A stretch of 62,861 bases of DNA, filler included. It is 5 parts of 5 records of this genome, joined end to end, with 100 filler letters (N's around TTAATTAATTAA, not from the genome) between each part and the next. Parts side by side here need not be neighbours in the genome. Positions count along the whole stretch, not along the records: positions 54,352 to 62,861 come from SRR22947727_1802; 4 more parts are not named here. One strand, 5' to 3'. Position numbers and translations under genes: made by a program. This document shows, in pieces, positions 54,898 to 62,719 of this stretch. The notes beneath the pieces are model-generated. The model worked only from the letters and a program-made list of their open reading frames with translations. It ran no database searches and was not told where the DNA came from. Each line of letters starts with the position of its first letter. Position 1 is the first letter of the stretch.

Positions 54898-55239
54898 ATG
54901 CTAGATAAATTTAAAAAAACTTTAAATACTACGATAGAAAAATCTAAGGAAGTAACAAGTGTTTCAATAGCTAAATCTAAAGAAATAACAAATGCTTCTA
55001 TAGATAAATCAAAAGAAGTGACAGATGCTTCCATTAAATATGGTAAAAAATTTATACGTAAAAAAGCCATAGATAGTATTAGGGACAAGCTTGAGTTTGC
55101 TCAAAAGAAAGAGAGTGATTTTACTAATGAACAAATGCGTGAAATGATTCAAAAAGAAGAAAAAAAAATCATTAAAAGCTTTGGTATTAATGGTGCAGTT
55201 ACAACAATATTAGCTTTATTTGGGATTACAAACTTCTAA
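54898..55239 (+). CDS. Hypothetical protein with 11-mer amphipathic repeats and a C-terminal hydrophobic tail
   Basis: TIEKSKEVTSV/SIAKSKEITNA/SIDKSKEVTDA. Confidence 0.75.
   Translation: MLDKFKKTLNTTIEKSKEVTSVSIAKSKEITNASIDKSKEVTDASIKYGKKFIRKKAIDSIRDKLEFAQKKESDFTNEQMREMIQKEEKKIIKSFGINGAVTTILALFGITNF
54931..55029 (+). repeat. 3 x 33-bp degenerate intragenic tandem repeat
   Basis: ATAG..AAATC.AA.GAA.T.ACA recurs at a 33-nt period. Confidence 0.8.
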
Positions 55240-55631
55240 TGATTAAATGGCTTTCAAAACAATTTATCTGGGGTCAAATTTATCATTGGGCTAAAGATCG
55301 ATTAAGTGGAATTTTATTTACTGCAATTATCTTATTTTTGATAATTTACTTTCATAATGAATACTTAAAGTACATTGAGTTTAAAGAAAAAAATACTGGA
55401 AACTATATAGGCATTTCTTTCTTAATTAAAAATACATTAATCTTGATTGTAACTTTTAGTTATTTCTATTTTTATAAATTTTTAAATAAAGCAAAAGACA
55501 CTATTAAAAAGAGCGAAAAAAAATTAGAGCAAACTAATCATAACGATATGATTAAAACTGCTGATAGCAATGAGATGGTTGATAATTTAGACAGATTTCT
55601 AGAAGATGATGAAATTAATAGAGATAAATAA
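55239..55631 (+). CDS. Hypothetical two-TM protein
   Basis: TAATG coupling, two hydrophobic helices, charged tail. Confidence 0.7.
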   Translation: MIKWLSKQFIWGQIYHWAKDRLSGILFTAIILFLIIYFHNEYLKYIEFKEKNTGNYIGISFLIKNTLILIVTFSYFYFYKFLNKAKDTIKKSEKKLEQTNHNDMIKTADSNEMVDNLDRFLEDDEINRDK

Positions 55632-55693
55632 TGCTTGAAGCACTAATTATTATTGAATTAACATTTTTAACATACAAATTATTAACGGATTAA
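55631..55693 (+). CDS. Putative 20-aa peptide
   Basis: TAATG coupling; MLEALIIIELTFLTYKLLTD. Confidence 0.4.
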   Translation: MLEALIIIELTFLTYKLLTD

Positions 55694-55696
55694 CTT

Positions 55697-55876
55697 ATGA
55701 CAACTTGGCAAATTATACTGGCAATAATAGTTGTTGCATTATCAATTATAATGCCAATTTATTATTCTCATCAAAGAAAGAAAGAAGCTCAAAAAGAAGC
55801 AGAAGCTATAGAAAGAATGCAGATAAGAGAGTATGGAAAAAAAATAAACGATGAAACCAGAAATAAACACAAATAA
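55697..55876 (+). CDS. Putative 59-aa single-TM protein
   Basis: MTTWQIILAIIVVALSIIMPIYYSHQRKKEAQKE...; 3-nt gaps to both neighbours. Confidence 0.65.
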   Translation: MTTWQIILAIIVVALSIIMPIYYSHQRKKEAQKEAEAIERMQIREYGKKINDETRNKHK

Positions 55877-55879
55877 ATT

Positions 55880-56332
55880 ATGGGCTTCTTTGGAAAATCA
55901 TTAAAGAAACAACTTATTGATCTTGCTTTATCAAAATTGAAAGAGGGAGACCAAAAAGACTTCGATACATATTTAGATGAAATACCTGAAAGCTCTTCTT
56001 TAGGTAAAGAAAAAATAGATATTTTAAAAGATCATTGGAAAGCTGTTTTAACAATGTTGATATTGCACATATATTTAAGATTAGGAACTGAGGCGAAAGT
56101 TATATCCACTGGTGAATTTTCAGACATTGAAAATGCAATAAGACTTGAGTTAGGTTCAGTTGAAGTTGGTATGCTTTTATTTGATTATCAAAATAAAGGT
56201 TTAGATCCGAGTGAAATGATTTCTAAAAGTTGTTTTGATGAAAATCTATCTCAGTCTTCAAAGAATAAAATTTCAGATATTGTTCAAGAAGTTTATCAAT
56301 CTATTGAAAAATCAGTTCAGGTATTAATATAA
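55880..56332 (+). CDS. Hypothetical helical protein
   Basis: 150-aa ORF with an MGFFG start; no recognised motif. Confidence 0.7.
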   Translation: MGFFGKSLKKQLIDLALSKLKEGDQKDFDTYLDEIPESSSLGKEKIDILKDHWKAVLTMLILHIYLRLGTEAKVISTGEFSDIENAIRLELGSVEVGMLLFDYQNKGLDPSEMISKSCFDENLSQSSKNKISDIVQEVYQSIEKSVQVLI

Positions 56333-56431
56333 TTTTAAACGACTACCTGATCACATCATACTGACGTCACGCTTATTAAAGAAATTTAATTACAACTAAA
56401 ACTTTTGAAAAAAAATATACTAAATAATAAT

Positions 56432-56803
56432 CTATTTTTTTTTCTTTTTGGTTTTTCTTTTAACCAAAGGGTTGGCACCATATTTATTTTTACCTTTAGT
56501 ACCCTCTGGAATTAAAAAGAATAATAGAATTAAACCTCCAATAAATGGAATAAAGCCTATTAAAAGAAAAAAACCTGATCTATTTGTGTCGTGGAGTCTT
56601 CGTACACCAACACTAATTGCAGGTATAAGAGTTACTAAGGCAATACCTAAAAAAAGATAAGATATATCCGTCTCTGTAAAGTCTGATATCACAAAGGAAG
56701 GGGTGACAATTAATTGAAACCACCAGTATTCTGATCTACTAGCTCTACCTTTAAAGACAAAATATTTGTTAAAACATGTCGATACTGATTCAGAAAATGT
56801 CAT
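56432..56803 (-). CDS. DUF805 (YhaH-like) membrane protein
   Basis: F.GRASRSEYWWF, VRRLHD..RSG, G..G.NKYG. Confidence 0.92.
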   Translation of the reverse strand: MTFSESVSTCFNKYFVFKGRASRSEYWWFQLIVTPSFVISDFTETDISYLFLGIALVTLIPAISVGVRRLHDTNRSGFFLLIGFIPFIGGLILLFFLIPEGTKGKNKYGANPLVKRKTKKKKK

Positions 56804-56935
56804 TTATATTTGTAACATAATTTTAGGTTGTTTTAAAAGATATATTAAAAGTACTTTATATATGCTCTTATTTAACCTTTAAATAATTGATTTTTTTTGA
56901 AATAGTACGATGATTGTATTAATTCATATTTAACA

Positions 56936-57640
56936 ATGATTACTCTTTTATTAACTATTATACCTTCAATATTAATTTTACTTTATTTTTTTTTATCAGA
57001 TAGGTTTAAAGAGCCCAAAGGGACAATAGCTTTAATTTTTTTCTTAGGTATTTTAATTTGTTTGCCTGCAGGAATTATCAATGGTTTTATGAATGATAAT
57101 TTTAATGATGGTTCAGATTTATCTGAAAAACTTTACTCAAGTTTTTTGGGACCTGCTTGGGCTGAAGAATTATTAAAATTTGTTATTTTATATTTTGTTG
57201 TTTTAAGAAGAAATGAATTTAACGAGCCAATGGATGGTTTAGTATATGGAGTAGTTGTATCCTTAGGCTTTGCAACTTATGAAAATTACACATATGTTTA
57301 TGAATGGGCTTCAACAATCGCTGCTGAAGAAAATTTAGATTTTACAAAATTTTCATATATTGTTGCTAAAGCAAGATCTTATTCAGCAATACCAATGCAC
57401 GGTTTAAATGGTGCAGTTATGGGATATTATTTCGGTCTCTACGCTTTTAGTAGTAAAAAAAAATATTTAATATTATCGCTCATTCTTCCATATTTATTTC
57501 ATGGTTTTTATAATTTCCTAGGATGGCCTAATATGCTTGTTATTATAGGTATCTTAATTGTTTATTCATTAGCTCTTCATTCTAATTTAAGAACATTGCA
57601 GCTAGCTAAGAAAAAAGAACAAGAGATTAAAAAAGTATAA
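56936..57640 (+). CDS. PrsW-family intramembrane metalloprotease
   Basis: EELLK, GFATYEN, PMH, HGFYN. Confidence 0.9.
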   Translation: MITLLLTIIPSILILLYFFLSDRFKEPKGTIALIFFLGILICLPAGIINGFMNDNFNDGSDLSEKLYSSFLGPAWAEELLKFVILYFVVLRRNEFNEPMDGLVYGVVVSLGFATYENYTYVYEWASTIAAEENLDFTKFSYIVAKARSYSAIPMHGLNGAVMGYYFGLYAFSSKKKYLILSLILPYLFHGFYNFLGWPNMLVIIGILIVYSLALHSNLRTLQLAKKKEQEIKKV

Positions 57641-57646
57641 TTATTT

Positions 57647-57802
57647 ATGAATAAAAGAAGAAAATTTATAATTTCATCACTATCAGGTTTGGCATTAGCT
57701 ACTTTACTGAGATTTACTTATGCCTCATCCTTTAATTTGGATGTAGTTGCGATAGGTTCAGGCGCTGCAGGAATGTTTTTAGGTAACAAGTTTATTGATT
57801 AG
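57647..57802 (+). pseudogene. 5' remnant of a Tat-exported FAD-dependent oxidoreductase
   Basis: MNKRRKFI (twin-Arg), hydrophobic core, DVVAIGSGAAGM (GxGxxG), then a stop after 51 aa. Confidence 0.65.
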
Positions 57803-57803
57803 C

Positions 57804-59384
57804 ATGAATAGAATCAAAATAATTTTTTTATTTATAATTATTACTTTCTTATCTTTTAATAATGTATATTCAGAGACTCCAAAGATCAATAACCCTCCTG
57901 AAATAGTAGATGAAAGGGTTGGTTGCAGTGTTTTCTTTAATAAATTACGCAAATCACCTAATAAAAAAGTAAGAAATTTTTATGCACAATTTACTTATGA
58001 TGATTTTGGTTTTTATCCAAAACCCTCCTTTAATTTAAATACAGGTGCTCGAAATTCTTTACCAAATAAAAATGGTAATCTTGTGGTTGGTCAAATATAT
58101 AATGATGTAACTGCTTCAAAAATAAAATCTGGTGATGAAATATTATCAATAAACAATAAAAAGATAAAAAATATTGATGATTTTTTAAAAATTATTTATG
58201 ACGAAAATATTAAAGAGATAAAAGTTAATCTATTAAACCGCCAACAAATAAAGTATGAAGTTATTTTAAATAAATCTTTAAATAGTTACAGAAAAGTAAA
58301 ATATTCAATTCAGAATTTTGATATTAGTAATATTGATATAAAAAAGAGCACGTATGATGTAACTATTAAACATAGTTTTTCAGATTACTACACAGATAAT
58401 GAGAGATCTGAATATAAAGAGAGTCATCCAATATTTGATTTATCATTAGGTACTCTTATTTATTTTGATGAAAAGTTTGATACATATAGCTATCATATTT
58501 GTGATATTCCTGAAAATGAATTCAAAAGTCGAACACTATTAGACCCTAGTTACAAAGTTAAAATTAATAACTTAATTAAAAATGATAAAGATTTAGAAGA
58601 AATTTCTAGTTATGCTACTCCTTATCATAAACTTGTTGGGAATACGAGTAATTATGTAAAAATTGAAAAAAGTTATTCTAGTGTATTGAAAATAAAAAAT
58701 AAATTTAATTTAAAATCCTTCCCTTTTGATAAGCAAGTACTTAAATTTCAAGTTATTGATCTTGGATATGGGTTGGATACTAGAATATTAGACCCTTCGA
58801 TTTTTACATACAAGTCCTTTGAAAATTTTCTTGCAATAGACGATATACCTGGATGGAATAAAAAGTCTTTTAAGATTGATAATTTAGCTTTTACTCCTGT
58901 CACTCAGAATGAAGGCGAATATAACGATTCACATATGGTGGAGTTAGTAATTGAACGTAAGCCTGGTTACTATATTTTTAAAGTTATATTTCCAATACTA
59001 CTAATATTGTTAATATGCTGGTCTGTAGTTTGGGTGGATCCTAAAGAACTAGAGGCAAGATTAACAATAACCATTGTCTGTCTACTTTCGTTAATTGCAT
59101 ATAATTTTGTTATTGATTCAGAGCTACCCAAATTAGAGTATTTAACTGTGTTAGACTGGGTTATCTTAATTTCATATATCTATGCGACTATACCAAACTT
59201 ATTAAGTATAATCTCTTTTAGATTGCTCAAAACCAACTTACCTTTAGGTAATAAAATAGAAAAGTTAAGCAAAAAATATGGTTTATCGTCTTATGTATTT
59301 TTAATTTTTTTTATTGTTTTGTTAAACGCTAACACTAATTTTGAACACTCAAGTTCACTTCTTTCATGGATGGCACCAAGATAA
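57804..59384 (+). CDS. Prokaryotic pentameric ligand-gated ion channel subunit with an N-terminal PDZ-like domain
   Basis: Signal peptide; IKSGDEILSINNK PDZ-like segment; Pro-loop FNLKSFPFDKQ; IER..GYYIFK..P..L M1; EARLTITIVCLLSLIAY M2; LPKLEYLT M2-M3 loop; 4 TM. Confidence 0.85.
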   Translation: MNRIKIIFLFIIITFLSFNNVYSETPKINNPPEIVDERVGCSVFFNKLRKSPNKKVRNFYAQFTYDDFGFYPKPSFNLNTGARNSLPNKNGNLVVGQIYNDVTASKIKSGDEILSINNKKIKNIDDFLKIIYDENIKEIKVNLLNRQQIKYEVILNKSLNSYRKVKYSIQNFDISNIDIKKSTYDVTIKHSFSDYYTDNERSEYKESHPIFDLSLGTLIYFDEKFDTYSYHICDIPENEFKSRTLLDPSYKVKINNLIKNDKDLEEISSYATPYHKLVGNTSNYVKIEKSYSSVLKIKNKFNLKSFPFDKQVLKFQVIDLGYGLDTRILDPSIFTYKSFENFLAIDDIPGWNKKSFKIDNLAFTPVTQNEGEYNDSHMVELVIERKPGYYIFKVIFPILLILLICWSVVWVDPKELEARLTITIVCLLSLIAYNFVIDSELPKLEYLTVLDWVILISYIYATIPNLLSIISFRLLKTNLPLGNKIEKLSKKYGLSSYVFLIFFIVLLNANTNFEHSSSLLSWMAPR

Positions 59385-60266
59385 ATGGCAAAGTTAGCTT
59401 TAATTAGATTTAGCATATTATCATTAAGCACTTATAATAAAAAAAAATTAATAAATATCTTAAATATTGGAATTTTTATATCCATATTTGCATTATCAGC
59501 TTCTATATTATCAATGTTTTATGAAGTAAAAATTGATAAGATTGAAAAAAAAATGATTTATGACGATATAAATAAAGTCATTTATAACGATGTCTTATTT
59601 CAAACTTCAAAATATATTAAAAATACAGATTCACTCTTAGATGATATTTTTCATCAAACAAGTCTAAAATTATTATTAGAAAAAAGTATTAATGATAAAA
59701 AATTAATGTCTAAAAGAGAAATTTTTTATACTCAATTTTTTTTATTAAAAACAAAAGTTGATTATAATAAAAATTTTATTGATAGTTCACTTAAAAACTC
59801 AATTATAGTTGCAGATGAAGAGGATGATTTAATACTAATAAAAAAATTTAGAGAAAAATATGATGATTTGTCAAAAAAAATTGATGGAATTAATTTTGAC
59901 CAAAATACACATGATTATGAAAAACAACCTCCTAGAGACAAAAACAATAATTATAATGAAACAAATCATTCTCTTGAGGAATGGTATAGTTATTATGAGA
60001 TTCTAGTTAAGCGCCATATGGATATTTTGATATTACAAAAAACTTTTTTTTATAATTTTAATATTGAATTTTTTACAAAAAAAAACAATCAGTATGATGA
60101 AAGAAAAAGACTAAATTTAGAAAAGATCAAAAAAAATTCAATATTGGAGTCCAGAGCAATATTTTTTGCTTTTTTAATACAATTGATAATTTTCGTAATT
60201 AGTCAATTTTTTGAATTAACATTAGATAACTTTATAAGAAAAAAAAAAAATGCGAAGAGGAAGTAA
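59385..60266 (+). CDS. Hypothetical protein: TM, large helical extracytoplasmic domain, TM
   Basis: Hydrophobic helices near residues 22-46 and 259-277; starts directly after the channel stop. Confidence 0.75.
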   Translation: MAKLALIRFSILSLSTYNKKKLINILNIGIFISIFALSASILSMFYEVKIDKIEKKMIYDDINKVIYNDVLFQTSKYIKNTDSLLDDIFHQTSLKLLLEKSINDKKLMSKREIFYTQFFLLKTKVDYNKNFIDSSLKNSIIVADEEDDLILIKKFREKYDDLSKKIDGINFDQNTHDYEKQPPRDKNNNYNETNHSLEEWYSYYEILVKRHMDILILQKTFFYNFNIEFFTKKNNQYDERKRLNLEKIKKNSILESRAIFFAFLIQLIIFVISQFFELTLDNFIRKKKNAKRK

Positions 60267-61074
60267 AATTTTAACAAGTAGTTTTGTATATTTAATATTA
60301 GCGGCAGTATTTAATTTGTCATCATTTTCATTAGATCAATTTGTTGTTCAGCAGGAAGATAAACTACGAGAAGTATCAAGAGAAATGATTAATCTTGAAA
60401 CTAAAATATCTACTTTAATTAATACAAAAAACTCAATTCAGGAACTTGCTTTTCAACTTATTAAAGAGGAAAACCTTCTTTATGATGCTTTAGACTTAAA
60501 TACACGCAGCGTAACAATGTTAAATGACAACACCAACTTATTTAATAAAAAGTTGGGAAAAAATGATCGTAAAGAATTAAAAATATATTTTAAAAAAAAC
60601 TTAATAAATTTTGCAAATAGATTTAATCTTAAATTAAATGAGCTTAAAAAAGTTATTAGTAGCAATCTTGATAATAAATTAATTAAAAATGAAATTTCAA
60701 TTTATGGTTACTCAGAAAAATTTGAAGAAGTGGTTAATTATACTCCTAATGAAATTAAAATTTCTATATTAGATGATTATGGCAAAGTTGGCACCAATGA
60801 ATATGAAGATGCTAACTATGAAATTTATAATTCATTATATGATAAGATATATAATAATTTTGGTATATCGTGGGATTTGGAGAGAATTTTTATAATCATA
60901 GACAAAATTTATATAAAAACGTTTATCCAATATCTAAATGTTTCTGATGTATATGCTGACATTAAAAATAAGAATAATTTTTTTATACTTCTGAGTATTG
61001 CGTCACAAATACTAGGAATTACTTTTTTATTATTGTTATTTAGATCCCTTGTAAGTGAGAAGGTTTATGACTAA
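60250..61074 (+). CDS. Hypothetical protein: TM, large helical/coiled-coil domain, TM
   Basis: Hydrophobic N- and C-terminal helices; overlaps both neighbours. Confidence 0.75.
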   Translation: MRRGSKILTSSFVYLILAAVFNLSSFSLDQFVVQQEDKLREVSREMINLETKISTLINTKNSIQELAFQLIKEENLLYDALDLNTRSVTMLNDNTNLFNKKLGKNDRKELKIYFKKNLINFANRFNLKLNELKKVISSNLDNKLIKNEISIYGYSEKFEEVVNYTPNEIKISILDDYGKVGTNEYEDANYEIYNSLYDKIYNNFGISWDLERIFIIIDKIYIKTFIQYLNVSDVYADIKNKNNFFILLSIASQILGITFLLLLFRSLVSEKVYD

Positions 61075-62095
61075 ATATTTTTTTATTTTTTTATTCATAG
61101 TTAATATTTTTTTTATGCCAAAAATTTCTAATTTATCAGCAGCATCACTTACATCTAAACAAACCGATCTTTATTATGCACTTGAAAATTGTAATTATAG
61201 ATCTGTAAAATGTATTAAAATCTACACAGAATTATTAAACCTTATAGAAGTTAGAAAAGATAAATATCAAATTGAAGATTATTTGGATATTAAGTATTGG
61301 GGTGCGGATTTCTTTTATAACTCTGGTGATGAAAAATTAAGAAGAAAAGGGATTGATTTATGGAATGAAATTATAAATGATTCAAATTTTGATAAAAATG
61401 AAAAAGAGATTACATATGCATATATAGCTTTAGGTTGGCATCACTACCTTGATATAAAAGATTTAGATGATGAAAAAGCTTTTTTATATATGTCAATAGC
61501 TGCCAAAACTGGAAGCCATTGGGCATTAAATAATTTAGGTGTTATTTACGAAGAAGGCAGAATTATTAAAAAAGATTTAAAAAAAGCATTTGAATTATAT
61601 TCTGAAGCAGCAGAACTAGGTAATGATTATGCTTATTCTAATATTGCTCGTTTTTATCTTCTTGGTCGAGCCGGTGTTGAGAAAAGTTTTGAAAAAGCTT
61701 TAAGAAATTACAAACTTTCTAGAATTTCAGAATTTGGTGATAATGATTTTGGAGACTTGGGCCTGTTATTGAAATATCAAAAAAATCCCTCCAACGTTAA
61801 GGAGTATTTGATGTGGTTGGAAAAAGATTTAATAGAAAAAAAATATCCTCCTATTTTTATTACATTGGCATGGGCTGTAGATTTTAATGAGGATAATAAA
61901 ATTATTCCATCAAAAAAAATATTAATGTCAGAATATAAGTGGTTTTATCTGTGTGAAAAATTTTCTACAATCTCAGAAGATACAACAAGATGTGCTCAAG
62001 AAATGGATATATTAGAACTACAAAACTTAACAAAAAATGAAGTTTCTATTTCAGTTAAAAATGCTGAAAATTGGATAGAGAAAAATTGGAATTAA
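61067..62095 (+). CDS. Exported Sel1-like repeat protein
   Basis: Signal peptide; ALNNLGVIYEEG...KD.KKAF.LY..AAELG and A..NIA.FY..G.AGVEKS..KA repeats. Confidence 0.88.
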   Translation: MTKYFFIFLFIVNIFFMPKISNLSAASLTSKQTDLYYALENCNYRSVKCIKIYTELLNLIEVRKDKYQIEDYLDIKYWGADFFYNSGDEKLRRKGIDLWNEIINDSNFDKNEKEITYAYIALGWHHYLDIKDLDDEKAFLYMSIAAKTGSHWALNNLGVIYEEGRIIKKDLKKAFELYSEAAELGNDYAYSNIARFYLLGRAGVEKSFEKALRNYKLSRISEFGDNDFGDLGLLLKYQKNPSNVKEYLMWLEKDLIEKKYPPIFITLAWAVDFNEDNKIIPSKKILMSEYKWFYLCEKFSTISEDTTRCAQEMDILELQNLTKNEVSISVKNAENWIEKNWN

Positions 62096-62100
62096 ATTAG

Positions 62101-62607
62101 TTAAAATTCTCTTTTTTTTTGACTTTTATAATCTGTTTTTTCACCCAAATTTAATTTTAGCTTAAGTTCAGCAATTTTTTTTTCTAATTCAATAACCTCA
62201 ATAGAAATTTGTTCTTTTTCATCTTCATCAACCTTATCATCATCTAAAGCATTACGAGTTTCTTCCATGATATCACCTATAGATTCTCCTAATCTGAGCA
62301 AATTATCAATAATTTCGTCACTACTGCCATGATCTTTTTGTTTAGCTATTTCTTTTCTAAGTAAAGTCTCATATGCAGTTAAGAAAGGAGTTCCTTTACC
62401 CAACTTTTTACAATGAATATCAAGCTCTAATCCATCTTGTATGTGTAGTTGTCTATCTTTGAAATTTGGATTACTTATATGTTCAATCGCTTTTCTCTTT
62501 TTTTCAATAACGGTTTCAATACTGTCATAACCAATATCATCAGCCAAATCTTTTAAAACTCTTTCAAATGAATAAGGTTTTCTAGGATAACCTTTTTTGC
62601 TCTTCAT
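62101..62607 (-). CDS. Phage regulatory CII (CP76/186-type)-like HTH protein
   Basis: HTH-like N-terminus ending in SNPN; C-terminal E.IGD.....ALDD.KVD..E...I helical hairpin typical of this family (recognised by eye). Confidence 0.6.
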   Translation of the reverse strand: MKSKKGYPRKPYSFERVLKDLADDIGYDSIETVIEKKRKAIEHISNPNFKDRQLHIQDGLELDIHCKKLGKGTPFLTAYETLLRKEIAKQKDHGSSDEIIDNLLRLGESIGDIMEETRNALDDDKVDEDEKEQISIEVIELEKKIAELKLKLNLGEKTDYKSQKKREF

Positions 62608-62626
62608 TTAACTAGCTTAATAGAAA

Positions 62627-62666
62627 TTTATCCGTAGGCAAAGCTGAAAGTTAACCTACGGGTAAA
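62627..62666. promoter_or_regulatory. Inverted repeat 20-60 bp upstream of the CII-like gene (operator or hairpin)
   Basis: TTTATCCGTAGG-N16-CCTACGGGTAAA, 11 of 12 positions complementary. Confidence 0.6.
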
Positions 62667-62719
62667 ATGGTCTAAGAGCACATATATTCTTAATATGTTT
62701 ATTAAGCAGTAAACATTAA

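Noticed and set aside
56340-56375. Short palindromes TGATCA and TGACGTCA between convergent genes
   Set aside because: Too short, and located downstream of both genes, so a regulatory role is unsupported.
62632-62680. c-di-GMP-I riboswitch (GGCAAA...GAAA...GGTCTAAG)
   Set aside because: It lacks the GACGCAAAG junction and the second stem; a simple inverted repeat explains the sequence better.
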